Shown here one piece after another: positions 1 through 13,020 of a stretch of DNA of 64,000 nt. The notes under the pieces are model-generated. The model saw nothing but the letters and a program-made list of their open reading frames with translations, searched no databases and was not told the DNA's origin. The DNA lies in assembly GCA_964016885.1 (NCBI GenBank), contig OZ024741.1, positions 164,300,001 to 164,364,000 of the forward strand, given 5' to 3'. The translations under genes were made by a program, and so were the position numbers. This DNA comes from Eledone cirrhosa (taxonomy: Eukaryota). Each line of letters opens with the position of its first letter. The stretch's first letter is position 1.

Positions 1-186
1 ACTACCACGCGGAAGTGGAGTTTTCACGCGTTTTTTTTTTTTTGAGAGAGAGAGGGAAGAGGAGAGATAGGGAAGAGAGAGAGAGGGGGAAGACTTAAAA
101 GGGCTAAATTAGAAAACAAATAGAAAACAAGTCTTGGTTATAAAGCATATCGATGTAAGTGGAGTTACTTAAATGAAAATATAGGT

Positions 187-202
187 GGCCCTTAAAAGGG
201 CC
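187..202 (-). other. Histone-mRNA-type 3' stem-loop motif (orphan, no histone CDS upstream)
   Basis: Minus strand reads GGCCCT-TTTA-AGGGCC-ACCTA, matching the replication-dependent histone stem-loop consensus (6-bp stem, 4-nt loop, ACC 3' flank). Confidence 0.5.
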
Positions 203-352
203 AAATTAGAAAACAAGTCATGGTTATCAATGTAGAAAACAAGTCATTCATAAATTTAAGTTTTATAATCAAATTTTTTTCACCAACAAATATGACAGCT
301 AATAGCGTTGTAGTGCCCGCAATTCTGTATCTTTACGTATATTGCGCATAGA

Positions 353-520
353 TACGAGGGTTGACAAAGATACTCTCATGGAATGTGACCAAATGAGGTT
401 TATTTTTCAACATAGTCTCCCTTGCGTTCCATACACTTCTTCCATCGGTGTTGCAGTACTGAGATCAATGTTTTTCTCGGTAGTGGCAGTTGTAGGACGT
501 CCAGACATTGGGTGATCTTC
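353..520 (-). mobile_element. mariner transposon 3' end remnant
   Basis: ORF 400-585(-) ends LQHRWKKCMERKGDYVEK*, the typical mariner transposase C-terminus; terminus begins TA-CGAGGG at 353. Confidence 0.8.
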
Positions 521-1319
521 AAGAATCCCCTATCCTTTCCTAAATTCGGCTGCCCACTTTTGCACAAAGGAAAATTGTGGTACAATATTGTAAGGTCTGC
601 TTATAGCATTATCCATCTTTCAAAAATGAAGGTCCACATTTCCTCGACTTCAATACATTTTATTACATTTTATTGTATTGTAAACATTAACTTTTATGGA
701 AATTTTATTACAAAATTTAGTTCGATTTTTTGGAATTTATTTAACAAACATGGAAAAATAAGAAAAAGAATAAAATAAAAAATAATTTGATTGCCTTTAA
801 TAAAGAAGATAAATAGAGTGGAACTGATTTCCAGGTCATACTAATGAAACAAGGTTTTTTCCATTACTGATATTATCTGTCTGCCGCAAGTCCTGGTAGA
901 AGATGCTACACGAACTAAAGTATTTTACTGAAGGACGCAACATGCAGCAGGATCGAAGAAACGAGCCCATGACTTTATAATGGTTAGTCCAGTACCGTAA
1001 CCCCTAAGGCATGTATGTGCCTTCACAGAGGAAAGGTAAATCCTATTATAACAGATTAGATGGGTACTATGTTAGATATGACTATGTGTCATATTATACC
1101 AAAGAGGAAGTGTGCTGTATAATAAACATTGATATCAGGTTGATTCAATAACTACCCGATCCCAAATATGAACCCATGAGCTTATGGTCGTCAGTCAAAC
1201 ACTTTAACCATTGTATGTATGTATGTATACACGTATGGATGGATGTATGTGTGTATACATGTATGGATGGATGGATGTATGTATGTATACATGTATATAT
1301 GTAAGTATGTATGCCTGTA

Positions 1320-3740
1320 TGAGAACAACTGGAAGGACTTCAGGAGCTCGGTCTATGAGGCTTCAGCAGAGGTCCTTGGCTTTGTCACAAGAAAACAAGG
1401 ACTGGTTTGATGAGAATGACCAGGAGGTCAAGGCTCTGCTAGACAGAAAACAAAAGGCACTTGATGCAGTTCTTAAAGGCGGTATCTCTGTTGGTGACAA
1501 TTATGAGCGTTACAGACAGGTAAAGAAGGAAGTGCAGGTGAAACTCAGGGCTATGCAAAATACCTGGTGGAGCAACAAAGCAGATGAAGTTCAAGTGGCA
1601 TCTGACGGCAACAATTTGAAACTGCCGCACTTTCTACTCACAGAGGTGTATGGCCCTTTCAGCTCTCCAGTGGCCCCTTTGAGATCGAAAGATGGCAAGC
1701 AATTACTGCGTGACACAAACGACACTTGACAAATAGAGAGATCACTTTGATGAGCTCTTAAACCAGGTTGATGATGATTTCATTTGTTCCATTCCTATTG
1801 AACCAGTGAAGCATATGAGATGGCTAATGTATCTTCTCTTGCAGAGGGGACTTCTGTTGTGCATAAGCTGAACTGTGGTAAGTCTCCTGGTATGGATGGT
1901 CTGAGTGGAGCGGTTTTGAAGTGTGGTGGTGAAAACTTCACGCAGCGCCTGACTGACCTCATGAAAATGGTGTGGGAAGATGAGAATGTCCCACAAGAAG
2001 GATGCGCTCATGGTGATTCTCCATAAAGGAAAGGACAGCAAAGACAAATGTGGCAATTATCATGTCATATCCCTTCTTTCAGTAGTTGGTAAAGTCGTGT
2101 CGAATATTGATGGATAGATTGATCCCAAGAGTTGCTCTGAATGTGTTGCCTGAGTCGCAGTGTGGGTTCAGAAACGAAGGAGGAACAGTGGATATGATCA
2201 TTTCTGCTCGGCAGCTGCAAGAAAAGTGTATCGAACAATGTATGGAACTTTACCAGGCCTTTGTTGACTTGACAAAGGCCTTTGTGGAATTGACTGTCAA
2301 TCGAACTGCATTGTGGGAAAAAAATCCAAGGTAGGGTAGAAGATTCTGCATCTTTTCCATGATGACATGAAGGCTTTGGTCAGTATTGGTGGTAGCATCT
2401 CTGAACCAATATCAGTTGAAAATGGAGTGAAGCAGGGGGACATTCCGGCTCCAACTCTGTTTTCCTTATATTTTACGATAGTGTTTCTCATGGGGTTTAC
2501 ATCAGGTATCGCACTTCAGGAAGGTTGTTCAACACCAGGTGCTTTGGTACAAGCACAAAAGTATTAACATCTATAATCCGAGAGTTTTTGTATGCAGATG
2601 ACTAGGATCTTTTGCACACTCACAAAGTGACATGCAGCATATTATGAACTCTTTTTCTGCAGCTTGCAGCACTTTGGGCGTCACAATAAGCTTGGAAAAG
2701 ACTGTTGTGATGTATCAGCCAGTACTTGGAATCAAGTACACTGCACCAAGTGTGTACGTGTACGGAAAGAGGCTAAAAGTTGCTGACAAGTTTGTTTACC
2801 TTGGTAGTACGTTGAACACTTCATGCACACATGATAATGAAATATCCTTAAGAATCAAGAAAACCAGTGATGCTTTTGGACGGCTGCATCAACGTTTATG
2901 GTCCAGACGAGGTATCACTATCGAAACCAAGGTGAAAGTGTATTTGACTTGTGTCGTCTCCTCTTTACTTTATGTTTGTGAAACGTGGGTCATATACAGA
3001 AAGCACCTCAAGGATCTGGAGAGATTTCACCAACAATCTCTTCATAAGTTACTTGGGGTGTGGTGGAAAATGTTCGCCAGTGATTTGGAAGTTCTAGAAC
3101 GGAGCAGGTGCGTGACTATAGAGAGCATAATCTTTCGGTATCGGTTGAGGTGGTGCAGTCACGTGGTCCGGATGTCTGATGATCGTATTCCAAAGCAACT
3201 TCTCTATGGAGTACTGTGTGAAGGAAGGTGACCACCACACAAACCAAAAAGGCGGTACCGAGACTGTATCAGGGGCACCTTGGCTTGTGCTGGAATTTCA
3301 TCTGACAAATGGGAGAAAATGGCTGACGAGCGTGTGAAGTGAAGACGTTTGATCAAGTCAGGTGGTGAACACTTTGAAACTCGTCGGAGAGAACACCTAA
3401 CACTGAAAAGGAAGGTGGGGATTGAGACTGTTCTGAACTGTCTGCTGTTGAACATCATCTGGTTTGCCAGCACTGTGGTCGAGTCAGCCTAAGCAAAGCT
3501 GGTTTGATTAGACATGAACAAAGTCATACCAGTAGACCTCATGTAGATCTGAAAAGGTGTAAAAAATGTACAAGCATGGGAGGTCTTAAAAGATACATGT
3601 GAACATACAGCCAGAACAAAGCAATGGAAGGTTTCGGGGGAGCCTAAAGTTTGGCTGGTTTAAAGAGTCACATTTGTGCTTCACATTTTTGAACATTTTA
3701 TCGGGCGATGGCAATACTTGAACACGAGTTTGCAGCAATA
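1320..3740 (+). mobile_element. Degenerate 5'-truncated RTE-clade LINE (RT plus C-terminal C2H2-like fingers)
   Basis: Frameshifted ORFs with GKSPGMDG, LPESQCGFR, AFVDLTKAF, GVKQGD, YADD (~2591), FVYLGS, RLRW-HV-RM; CQHCGRV..AGLIRH..SH near 3465-3530. Confidence 0.9.
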
Positions 3741-4614
3741 TGTAGTATGTATGTCGGGTCACTCTTGACTGCTATTGGTAACATGTAACCCAGTACAACC
3801 TGTCGCATGGTCAGGTCGTCGGCGACTAAACCGGCAACCCCACCAAGTTTACTTGGTGAGCAGGGTGATTTTGGACACCCTGCAGGACAAAAATCAAAAC
3901 CTGTCAAAGGGCGGAAGATCTCATAAGAGTCAACGGCCATCCGAAAGTGTGTAAATATGTATATACACATGTACATATGTATGTATATGTATATATACAT
4001 GGGTGCATGTGTATGTGCATACACTGGGACATAGAAATAATTGGGCTGGACACTCGATCGCGCGGTTAAACCACTGGGAGTGAAGGACCCCTAGCCTTTG
4101 TCAGGGCATTCTTCTAGGAGAAGGCAACTCAGGAAACTGGGATAACTCCGATATAAAACCTGCGGCTCAGTAGTTACCGATGATGTTGATATTTTCTTCT
4201 TTTCGGGTTATAGCTACTGTCGCTCAGAGAGTGGGATTGGCTCAGTGCACAGTCTTTCCTCATATAAAAAAATATGTTCATGCACAGGCATTGCACGATA
4301 GAATTAATTAATAATTATTAATAATGGTATATCGTGCAATGACCATACTCGATAACGAGGGGGCAGCCATCATGTATGTGTGTGTGTTTGAGTGTGTGCG
4401 TGCGTGTGTGTATATATATATATATATATATGTGCATGTGAGTGTGTATATATATATCTCCATATACATATTTATTCAGCTGATATAGGCTGGATTGGTT
4501 GGAATATTCTGACGCGAATTCTTTCTGCTCTGTTAAATCGAAACAAATCTTGACTTTTTATTTGAGGTTTTCTATATAAGAGACCGGGAGACCATGTTGA
4601 TACTATGAAGGCCA

Positions 4615-5222
4615 TTTGTCCTAAGTAGCCTGGACTATTGCTCCCAGCTGTGGTCACCCCATAGTATCAAACTAACCACGGAACTTGAGACAATCCAACG
4701 AAGCTACACCAAGAGGATTGCACGATGAAGGAGATGAGCTACTGGCAGAGGCGAAAAGAACTGAAACTCTACTCCTTGGAACGAAGACGGGAGAGATACG
4801 CAGGGATATACATATGGAAAATCCTGGAGGGACTAGCGCCAAACTTTGGTATTGAGAGCGGGACCAACCCCCGAACAGGACGCCATTGTGTGGTGACAAA
4901 GGTCCCGTCTTCCACATCTAGAACAAGAAGCAGATATTGCAATAGACTGGGGTTCAAAGGCCCTCAACTCTTCAACAAACTGCCGAGGGATTTGAGAGAT
5001 CTACATGGTGTGGCCGTGGATATTTTCAAGAAACTTCTCGACACCCTGTTATCCAGGATCCCGGATGAGCCCACATCACGGTACGAAGGTAACCTAAGGT
5101 CAGCAGCAACGAACTCCCTCTTACATCAATGGCCAGCCAACACAGGCTTGAGATAGAATGTGTAGCAACAAGGGCAGTCCCCAATCATGGTCTCAGCCGG
5201 ATGGCTGGAACAGCTAAAAGAG
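4615..5222 (+). mobile_element. CR1-like LINE 3' fragment
   Basis: ORF 4725-5156 with SYWQRRKELKLYSLERRRERY..IWKIL and GPQLFNKLP..FKKLLD, the CR1-type RT C-terminus. Confidence 0.85.
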
Positions 5223-5229
5223 TATATAT

Positions 5230-6018
5230 ATATATTTAATATAGAAATGGCTTCAACAGGACTAGAACTGTTTCATTCGGAGGAAATCATCAGAAAAGCC
5301 GACTGTCAATGTAATATGGTGGTATTTATACATTTTCTGGTGGTAGGGGAGGGTAGTAAATTGATGCTAAGTAGACAGACACTCCTAATTTTCAAGATTC
5401 ATTTATTCCAAACAAACAATTAGGGTTCACCGGTGGTACAAACTCCTGCTGAAAATGTTTTCCCTTCGATTTATATGCAATTTAAACCATAGGTAAACGA
5501 CAAGATATTCACATCATTTCAGCAAATTTCAATAAAATTACAATACCCTAATGGGGGTTAAACCCCCTATTAGGGTTCACCAGGGGGCACAAAATTCCCG
5601 CTGAAAGTTTTTTCGGTTCGATTTATATTCAATTTAAACCATAGATAAATGAAGAGATATGATGCCTATTCACAAAATGTCTATACTATAAGACACCTTA
5701 ATGGTGGTTAAACCCCCTATTAGGGTTCCCCGGGGATACAAACCCCCACTGAAAACTTTTCCCTTTCGATTTATATGAAACTTAAACCATAGGTAAATGA
5801 CAAGATATGATGCCTATTCACAAAAGTTTTCAATTGATATTTTGAAAAAAATTATTTACAATACAAAAAATGATGTTTTCCAATTTTTCATGCATTATAT
5901 TTTACATTGAGTAATATTGAGTTTTTCTCCATAAATTACATCACTGATTTAAAATCAATCATCATTTTCTTACAAAAAAAATGTGTGAAACGCAGCAAGG
6001 TGCTGGTAATTCGGCTAG
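5230..6018 (+). mobile_element. Putative non-autonomous Helitron with internal ~150-bp tandem repeats
   Basis: Three ~150-bp units (about 5419, 5568, 5718); 3' end has hairpin CAGCA-agg-TGCTG (5993-6005) then CTAG (6015-6018) followed by T. 5' boundary uncertain. Confidence 0.6.
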
Positions 6019-6054
6019 TATATATATATATGTGAGTGTGTGTATATATATATG

Positions 6055-7035
6055 TGTGTGTGCTCATTATGTAGGAGAGGTGTAGGTAGAAACTCCATCC
6101 TCTGCCCCATATGCAAACTATGGGTACACAAGAGATGTAGTGGGATCTCAGGAAGTTTAGTTAAGAATGTAGGCTTTACATGTAGCAGTTGCACCAGGAC
6201 AGTAAGCAGGACAATCACTGAAAACAAGTGACATCAAAGTCTGGGAGGACTTGGTAAAAACAATACCGAATTAGCAGCGGGGTGGGGGGGGGGGGGTTCT
6301 GAAAGAACGGGATGGAAGAAGTTGAGGGAGCTACTGCCACAGCTGGATACAAAAGGCTTTTCCCTCAGAATAAAAGGTAGACTGTATGATGTGTGCATAT
6401 GAACGGCAATGTTGCATGGTAGTGAGAGCTGGGCGCTGTGTGTAGTAGACTTGCGTAGATTAGAAAGGAATGAGCTTGTATGCTCCGATGGATGTGTAAT
6501 AGTAATATACGCGAACAGCAAAGCATAAACAAACTGAAAGAGAAACTAGGCATAAGAGGAATCAAATGTTGTGTGCAGGAGAGGAGATTATGTTGGTATG
6601 GACATGTGATTCGTATGAAGGATGACAGCTACATAAAGTCCCAGAAAGACTTGAGATGAAGTGATAAAAGCCGACCTTGCCCAATTGCACCTCTGAAAGG
6701 CAATGACACAGGACCAAGATCTCTGGTGTTGTGAGGTAATACAGAAACCCCAACTTCCCACGGGCCCAGGCCAAGGCTGAAACATACATACAGTATGCAC
6801 CACACCATCCCACCCGCCAATATATCTTTCATGAGAACAGGCCGAAACACTGTAAAGTGGTCGTGATGGTGACACGGTAAAAAACACCCAGTCCACACTG
6901 TAAAGTAGTCGTGGAGGAATCACAACAAAAAGCACCCAGTACTCACTGTAAATGAGCTTGGCATTAGGAAGGGCACCCAGCTGTAGAAACCAAGCCAAAA
7001 TCAGTTCTTTATGAGCAAGACATGGTCACCTGACC
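6055..7035 (+). mobile_element. RTE LINE 3' fragment of the PHD-containing family
   Basis: CSLCRRGVGRNSILCPICKLWVHKRCSG..CSSC and downstream sequence homologous to 47190-48290. Confidence 0.85.
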
Positions 7036-7139
7036 TAACATTGCCAACAATAGAAGGCACATGGCTCAGTGGTTAGAGCATTGGGCTTGCAATTGAAAGG
7101 TTGTGAGTTTAATTCTCGGACCAAATTTAAATTTTGAAC

Positions 7140-7478
7140 ACCAAGTTGAGGGCCTTTGAACCCCAGGCTATTGCAATAGCTGCTCCTGATTCTAAATGTG
7201 GAAGACGGGACCTTTGGTACCACACAGTGACGTCCTGTTCGAGAATCGGTCCAGGTCTCGATGCGAAAGTTTGCTCTTAGTCGCGCCCCAGGATCTTCCA
7301 TATGTATATCATTGCATATCTCTCCTGTCTTCATTCCGAGGAGTAGAGTTTCAGTTCTTTTAGACTCTCCCAGTAGTTTATTTCCTTCATCGTGGAAACC
7401 TTCTTGGTGTAACTTCATTGGATTGCTTCAAGCTCCATGGTTAGTTTGATACTATGGGGGTGACCACAGCTGGGAGCA
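7140..7478 (-). mobile_element. CR1-like LINE fragment (same family as 4615-5222)
   Basis: RTGRHCVVPKVPSST..CNSLGFKGPQL shared with ORF 4725-5156; preceded by a lone tRNA-like SINE head at ~7053-7122(+). Confidence 0.85.
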
Positions 7479-7840
7479 TTCATCATTTCATTTTACATCC
7501 ACTTTTTCCCTGCTTGCAAGGGTGGGACGGGAACTGATTCTGGCTTGATTTCTACAGCTGGATGCCCTTCCTAACACCAACCTCATTTACAGTGAGTGCT
7601 GGGTGCTTTTTTGCCGTGGCACCGCCACATCCACTTTACAGTGTGTGCTGGGTGCTTTTTTGACGTGGCACCTCCACGACCACTTTGCAGTGGAATGATA
7701 GGGACCCCAGTCCTATCATCTCATTTCTACAGCTGAGTAAACTGGAGCATGTGAAATACAGTGTTTTGCTCAAGGAAACAACACATCACCCGGTGTGAGA
7801 ATTGAACTCATAACCTTTCGATTGCAAGGCCAATGCTCTC
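7478..7840 (-). mobile_element. tRNA-derived SINE, family A (RTE-type tail), 5'-clipped
   Basis: Near-identical to 13438-13773; B box GAGTTCAATTC; tail ending GGAYGTAAAATGA. Confidence 0.85.
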
Positions 7841-7846
7841 AATATG

Positions 7847-7878
<32 letters not shown>

Positions 7879-7971
7879 TACTAATATACACACACACACG
7901 CACACACACATACTAATATACACACACACACACACACACACTAATATACACACACACACACACACTAATAT

Positions 7972-8008
<37 letters not shown>

Positions 8009-8011
8009 GAG

Positions 8012-8165
8012 TAATAATTGTTTCTACTTTAGGCACAAGGCCAGCAATTACCCAGTACATTACTGGTACTTTATTTTATCGACCCCGTAAGGATGAAAGG
8101 CAAAGTTAACCTCGGCGGGATTTGAACTCAGACTGTAAAGGGACGTAACTATGCTAGAAAGCATA
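8012..8165 (-). mobile_element. tRNA-derived SINE, family B
   Basis: Minus strand GAGTTCAAATCCCGCCGAGGTTAACTTTGCCTTTCATCCTTACGGGGTCGATAAAATAAAGTACCAG; about ten copies in the window. Confidence 0.85.
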
Positions 8166-8741
8166 GTAATAATAATACATATGAAGACTAAAATCCAAAG
8201 AGGGCTCGATAGGGATAAATATATATCAATTATATAAGAACCGTAGAGCAAATATTTATTAAAATAACAGATTAAAGTTTAAGCAAAGAATCGGCTGCTT
8301 TCACCCTTAATGGGATCTTCTGAAACTAAAAAAAAAAAAATCAATCTGTGAACGCAGACGTAAATATTTCGAAAAACGTTGTAACCGAAGGAAGACAGGA
8401 AGACGATACTTTGGTTCGTGGAGACGTAGTTTTAGGTATTTCTTCCTGCTTGGTACGGGTATGTTCTTTGTAGAAATATTCAGATGTTGTTTCTGCATGA
8501 TGAATATAAGTCAATAGAGTACTCAATCAAGGGAGCCAAATAGTAATAATAATAAATTTGAAGACTAACATCCAAAGAGGGCTCGATAGGGATAAATATA
8601 TATCAAATATATAAGAACCGTAGAGCAAATATTTATTAAAATAACAGATTAAAGTTTAAGCAAAGAATTGGCTGCTTTCACCCTTAATAGGATCTTCTGA
8701 AACTAAAAAAATCAATCTGTGAACGCAGAAGTAAATATTTC
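8163..8741. repeat. Direct repeat of ~200 bp (8163-8368 and 8540-8741)
   Basis: Both copies share GAAGACTAA..TCCAAAGAGGGCTCGATAGGG...TCAATCTGTGAACGCAGA. Confidence 0.85.
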
Positions 8742-8902
8742 TAAGCCGACCTTTCCCAATTGCACCTCTCAAGGGCAATGACACACGACCATGACCTCTG
8801 GCGTCACACAGTAATACAGAAGACCCGACTTTCCACACGAACATATTGACAATATTTGTTTTCCTTTGTTTTTTTATGTCCTATCAACTAATCCGACCTC
8901 CA

Positions 8903-9100
8903 AAATGCTTGCAATTGACTATTTTTTTAGCATATTAACAACAAATATGATGTCCACTGCAATTAAAAATGACTAGCTTTGTGAATGGTTTTTCCACCCA
9001 CTTTCTGCCTTCATTTTTCTACAAAGCTAATCATTGACGATAGGTTTCAAAGTTATATTCATTCATAATATGTGAAAAAAATAGTCAACTGCAAGCATTG
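8903..9100. repeat. Palindromic MITE-like hairpin element (related copies ~9270-9540, ~13030-13300, ~13408-13980 split by a SINE, ~20017-20650)
   Basis: Arms AATGCTTGCAATTGACTATTTTTTTAGCATATTA / TAATATGTGAAAAAAATAGTCAACTGCAAGCATT plus inner AATGACTAGCTTTGT / ACAAAGCTAATCATT. Confidence 0.75.
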
Positions 9101-9584
9101 GTGTGATGTAAATGGTAGGAGTAGGTGTTCTGTAATAAATTTACCATATGGTGAAGTATGGTTATGGTGAAGTATATGGTGTGGATTGGGGGAGATTAAT
9201 GTGCTGTGCTGTGCTTTCTTATAAGTAAGGATTTAAATTTCCACTTTGATTTATGTTAGAAAAAAAATTTTTCCTTCATTTTTGCCTGTGTTATCAACTT
9301 CCAAGAAGCTCGCAGTGGACTATGCTTTTAGCATATTATCAAAAAATATGACTTCCGCTGCAATAAAAAATGACTAGCTTTGTAAATGGTATTTCCACCC
9401 ACATCCTCCCTCTTTTTTCTACAAAGCTAGTCATTTTCGACAGTTTTCCATGTCATAATTATTGATAATATGTGCGAAAAATAGTCAATTGCAGCACCTT
9501 TGATATCAGATTGGGTGGTAAGAACACACACACAAAAAAAAAAAGAGACAGAGAGAAAATTTTTCACACTGAGATCAAAAGCAT

Positions 9585-11290
9585 GGTGTGTTAGTAGTTT
9601 TAGTGTTAGTGCTCAGATTAGTGGTTTATGGTAGTGTTAGTTTTAGTGGTAGTGTTAATGTTCAGGTTAATGTTCGTGTTAATGTCAGTTTTAGTGTTAG
9701 TGTTTACGGTAGTGTTAGTGCTAGTCTTTGTTTTTCTGTTAATGTTAGTGTTTATTTTAGTGTTGAGGTTAATGTTAGCTTAGTTTTCTGGTTAGTATCA
9801 GTTTTCGTGTTAGTTTTAATGTTAGTGTGCAGGTTAGTGTTAGTGTTTTTTTTAGTGTTAGTTTTTATGGTAGTGTTAGTGTTACTGTTAGTGCTCAGAT
9901 CTGTGTTACTGTTTATGGTGTTAGCCTTAGTACTAGTGTTTAGGTTAATGTTAGTTTTAGTGTAAGTGTTCAGGTTAGTGTTCAAGTTATGTTAGTGTTA
10001 GTTTTAGTGTTAAGGTTAGTGTTAGAGATTGTGTTAGTGTTTGTTTTTGTGTTAATATTTGTGTTAGTATCTCTGTTAGTGTTAGTGTTCAGGTTAATGT
10101 TAGTTTTAGTGTAAGTGTTCAGGTTAGTGATTGTGTTAATGTTAGTGTTAGTTTTAGTGTTAAGGTTAGTGTTAGAGTTTGTGTTAGTGTTAGTATTTGT
10201 TTTTGTGTTAATATTTGTGTTAGTATCTCTGTTAGCATTATTGTTTGATGTTTCCATTAGTGTTAGTGTTAGTCTTTGTCTTTGTGTTAATGTTAGCATT
10301 AGTATTTATGTTAGTGTTAGCATGAGTGTTTGTGTTAGTGTTCAGGTTAATGTTAGCTTAGTTTTCAGGTTAGTGTTAGTGTTCAAGTTAATGTTAGTTT
10401 TAGTGTTAGAGATTGTGTTAGTGTTTGTTTTTGTGTTAATGTTTGTGTTAGTATCTCTGTTAGTGTTAGTTTTAGTGTTAGTGTTCAGGTTAATGTTAGT
10501 TTTAGTGTAAGTTTTCAGGTTAGTGTTAGTGTTCAAGTTAATGTTAGTGTTAGTTTTAGTGTTAAGGTTAGTGTTAGAGATTGTGTTAGTGTTAGTATTT
10601 GTTTTTGTGTTAATGTTTGTGTTAGTATCTCTGTTAGCATTAGTGTTTGATATTTCCATTAGTGTTAGTGATTGTGTTAGCGTTAGACTTTGTTTTTGTG
10701 TTAATGTTAGCATTAGTATTTCTGTTAGTGTTAGCATTAGTGTTTATGTAAGTGTTCAGGTTAATGTTAGCTTAGTTTTCAGGTTAGAGTTAGTGTTCAA
10801 GTTAATGTTAGTTTTAGTGTTGAGGTTAGTGTTAGAGATTGTGTTAGTGTTTGTTTTTGTGTTAATATTTGTGTTAGTATCTCTGTTAGCGTTAGTGTTT
10901 GTTTTAGTCTTGAAGTTAATGTTAGCTTATTTTTCTGGTTAGTATCAGTTTTCAGATTAGTGTTTGTGTTACTTTTAGTGTTAGTGCTCAGGTCAGTGTT
11001 AGTGTTTATGGTAGTGTTAGTTTTAGTGCTAGTGTTCAGGCTAATGTTTGTGCTAATGTTAGTTTTTGTGTAAGTGTTCAGGTTACTGTTAGTGTTTGTA
11101 TTAGTGTTTACGGTAGTGTTAGTTTTAGTGCTGGTGTTCAGGTTAGTGTTAGTGTCAGTTTTAGTGTTAGAGTTTGTGTTAGTTTTCTATTTAATGTTAG
11201 TTTTCATGTTAACACTAAGTTCACTGTTAGAGCATGTGTGAGTGCAAGTGTTAGGGTAAGTGTTATTTTTAAAGTTCGGTTTTAGCTTAA
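9585..11290. repeat. Degenerate (GTTAGT)n hexamer satellite
   Basis: Direct reading; produces spurious VL/NT-rich ORFs. Confidence 0.95.
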
Positions 11291-12533
11291 AGTTAGGTTT
11301 TCTACTTTCCAGGAAAAAAGTTGATCCTCTCTAACTTGAGTGGTGTGATATAGTGTGGTAAAGTATAGTGTTTCATAGTCTTGTGTGGTGTTGTCTATTG
11401 TTGTATAGTGTAGTATGGTATATTGTTTCATAGCATGGTCTGATGCGAGGTCGTACAGTGTTTTGTAGTGTGGTGTTGGATAATCTGGTAGGGTATAATG
11501 TTTGTCAGTGTGGTGTGGTATGGTATAGGTTGATGTAGTGTGGCTTAGTTTGATTATAATAATACAAATAATAATAACAATAATAATAGTACTAATAATT
11601 GTTTTCTTGTTCCTTTTGTTTGTCTTCTTCTGTGCCTTTGACTTCTTCTGTGCCTTTGACTGCTTCTGTGCCTTTGACTTCTTCTGTGCCTTTATCTTCT
11701 CCTCTGCCATCTAAATACCAAAAACAAAGAATGTAAAACATATATGTTGCCTATCTCTCAGACTTTACAAAGTGCTGAGGAGATAAAATTAATTTAAAGA
11801 GCAGTGTGCTCATGCACTGTGATCCTATAATGTAGCTTATAAGCTATTTCATAACTAAAAAACAATGTCAAACATCAACAAAAGTATATACAAATATCTT
11901 TGAATGTTTAAGTTAAACCTAAATAGATCGTATCTACAGGTCATTAGGTTAAGACTGAACTAAGATCATATCTATAAATCATTAGGTTTAGACTGAACTG
12001 AGATCATACTTTCTTCTTCTTTTTGTCATCTTCGTTTCCCGTGTCTTCTTTGTCTTTGTTGTCATTTTCATTTTAGTCGTCTGCTTCGTCGTCTTTTTCT
12101 TCTTTTCCATCTAAATATAAAAAAAAATTGTAAACAAATATATAGCTGATCTCTCAGACTTTCACGAAACACCGAGGAGATACAGTTAATATAACGAGTG
12201 GGGAGCTCATATATATATATATATATATATGGTATAGCATGGTGGTATGTGGTCTGGTGTGGTACAACATGGTGTGATGTGGTGTGGTATGATACGGTGA
12301 GGCGGGGGTGGGGGGATGGGGGTGGACACAACGTTAGATTAATGTTAACAATACACATGTAGCATCCACATGTGATGAGAAGGGGGAAACAGTGTTTAAC
12401 TAATTTTAACATTACATGTAGCATCCATCTACAGGTGATTAAGTTAAGACCGAGGTGTAATCATATGAAAAGGTCAATTTAAAACTACACTGAGATCCTG
12501 CTTTAAATGATGGTCAATGAAGTGTTTACTTAC

Positions 12534-12581
12534 TCAGATCCTTTGAAATAACTTTCTTTCTCTTACTGTAACTGGACATAC
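12534..12581 (-). other. Candidate 48-bp exon (identical copy at 19609-19656)
   Basis: tttctatttcgtAG | GTATGTCC...GATCTGA | GTAAGT; only one open frame (MSSYSKRKKVISKDL). Confidence 0.4.
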
Positions 12582-12599
12582 CTACGAAATAGAAAACAG

Positions 12600-13020
12600 T
12601 CGAATAGACAGTGGTGTGGTGTGGTGTGGTGTAGTGTAGTGTGGTTTAGTGTAGTGGACAGTGGTGTGGTGTAGTGTAGTGGAGTGAGGTTTAGTGTAGT
12701 GGACAGTGGTGTGGTGTAGTGGAGTGTGGTTCAATGTAGGGTGGGGGATATGGTGTAGTGGAGTGTGGTGGTATGTAGTGTGGTAGCATGTGGTGTGATG
12801 GCATGTGATGTGATGTGGCGTGGTGAAATGTGATGTGATGTGATGAAATGTGGCGTGGCATGGTGAAATGTGATGTGGCGTGGTGAAACGTGGCGTCGCG
12901 TGGTGAAATGAGGCGAGGCGAGACAAGACGAGAGGAGACGTGGTGTGATGGCGTGCGGAGTGATTTGATGTGGTGTGATGTGAGGGCGTGCGGAGTGATT
13001 TTATGTGGTGTGATGTGACG
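12600..13020. repeat. Degenerate pentamer (GTGTG/GTGTA/GTGAT)n tract; copies at 19685-20015 and 20660-20825
   Basis: Direct reading. Confidence 0.9.

Noticed and set aside
5262-5296. CTGATGA..GAAA on the minus strand (similar case at 38160-38180)
   Set aside because: Stem I does not pair; likely chance.
7053-7122. tRNA gene
   Set aside because: A/B boxes are present but no acceptor stem or cloverleaf; it is a SINE head.
8290-8330. Hammerhead-like CAGAAGA..GAAA on the minus strand (also ~8668-8705)
   Set aside because: Core U mutated and no convincing stem I or UH site.
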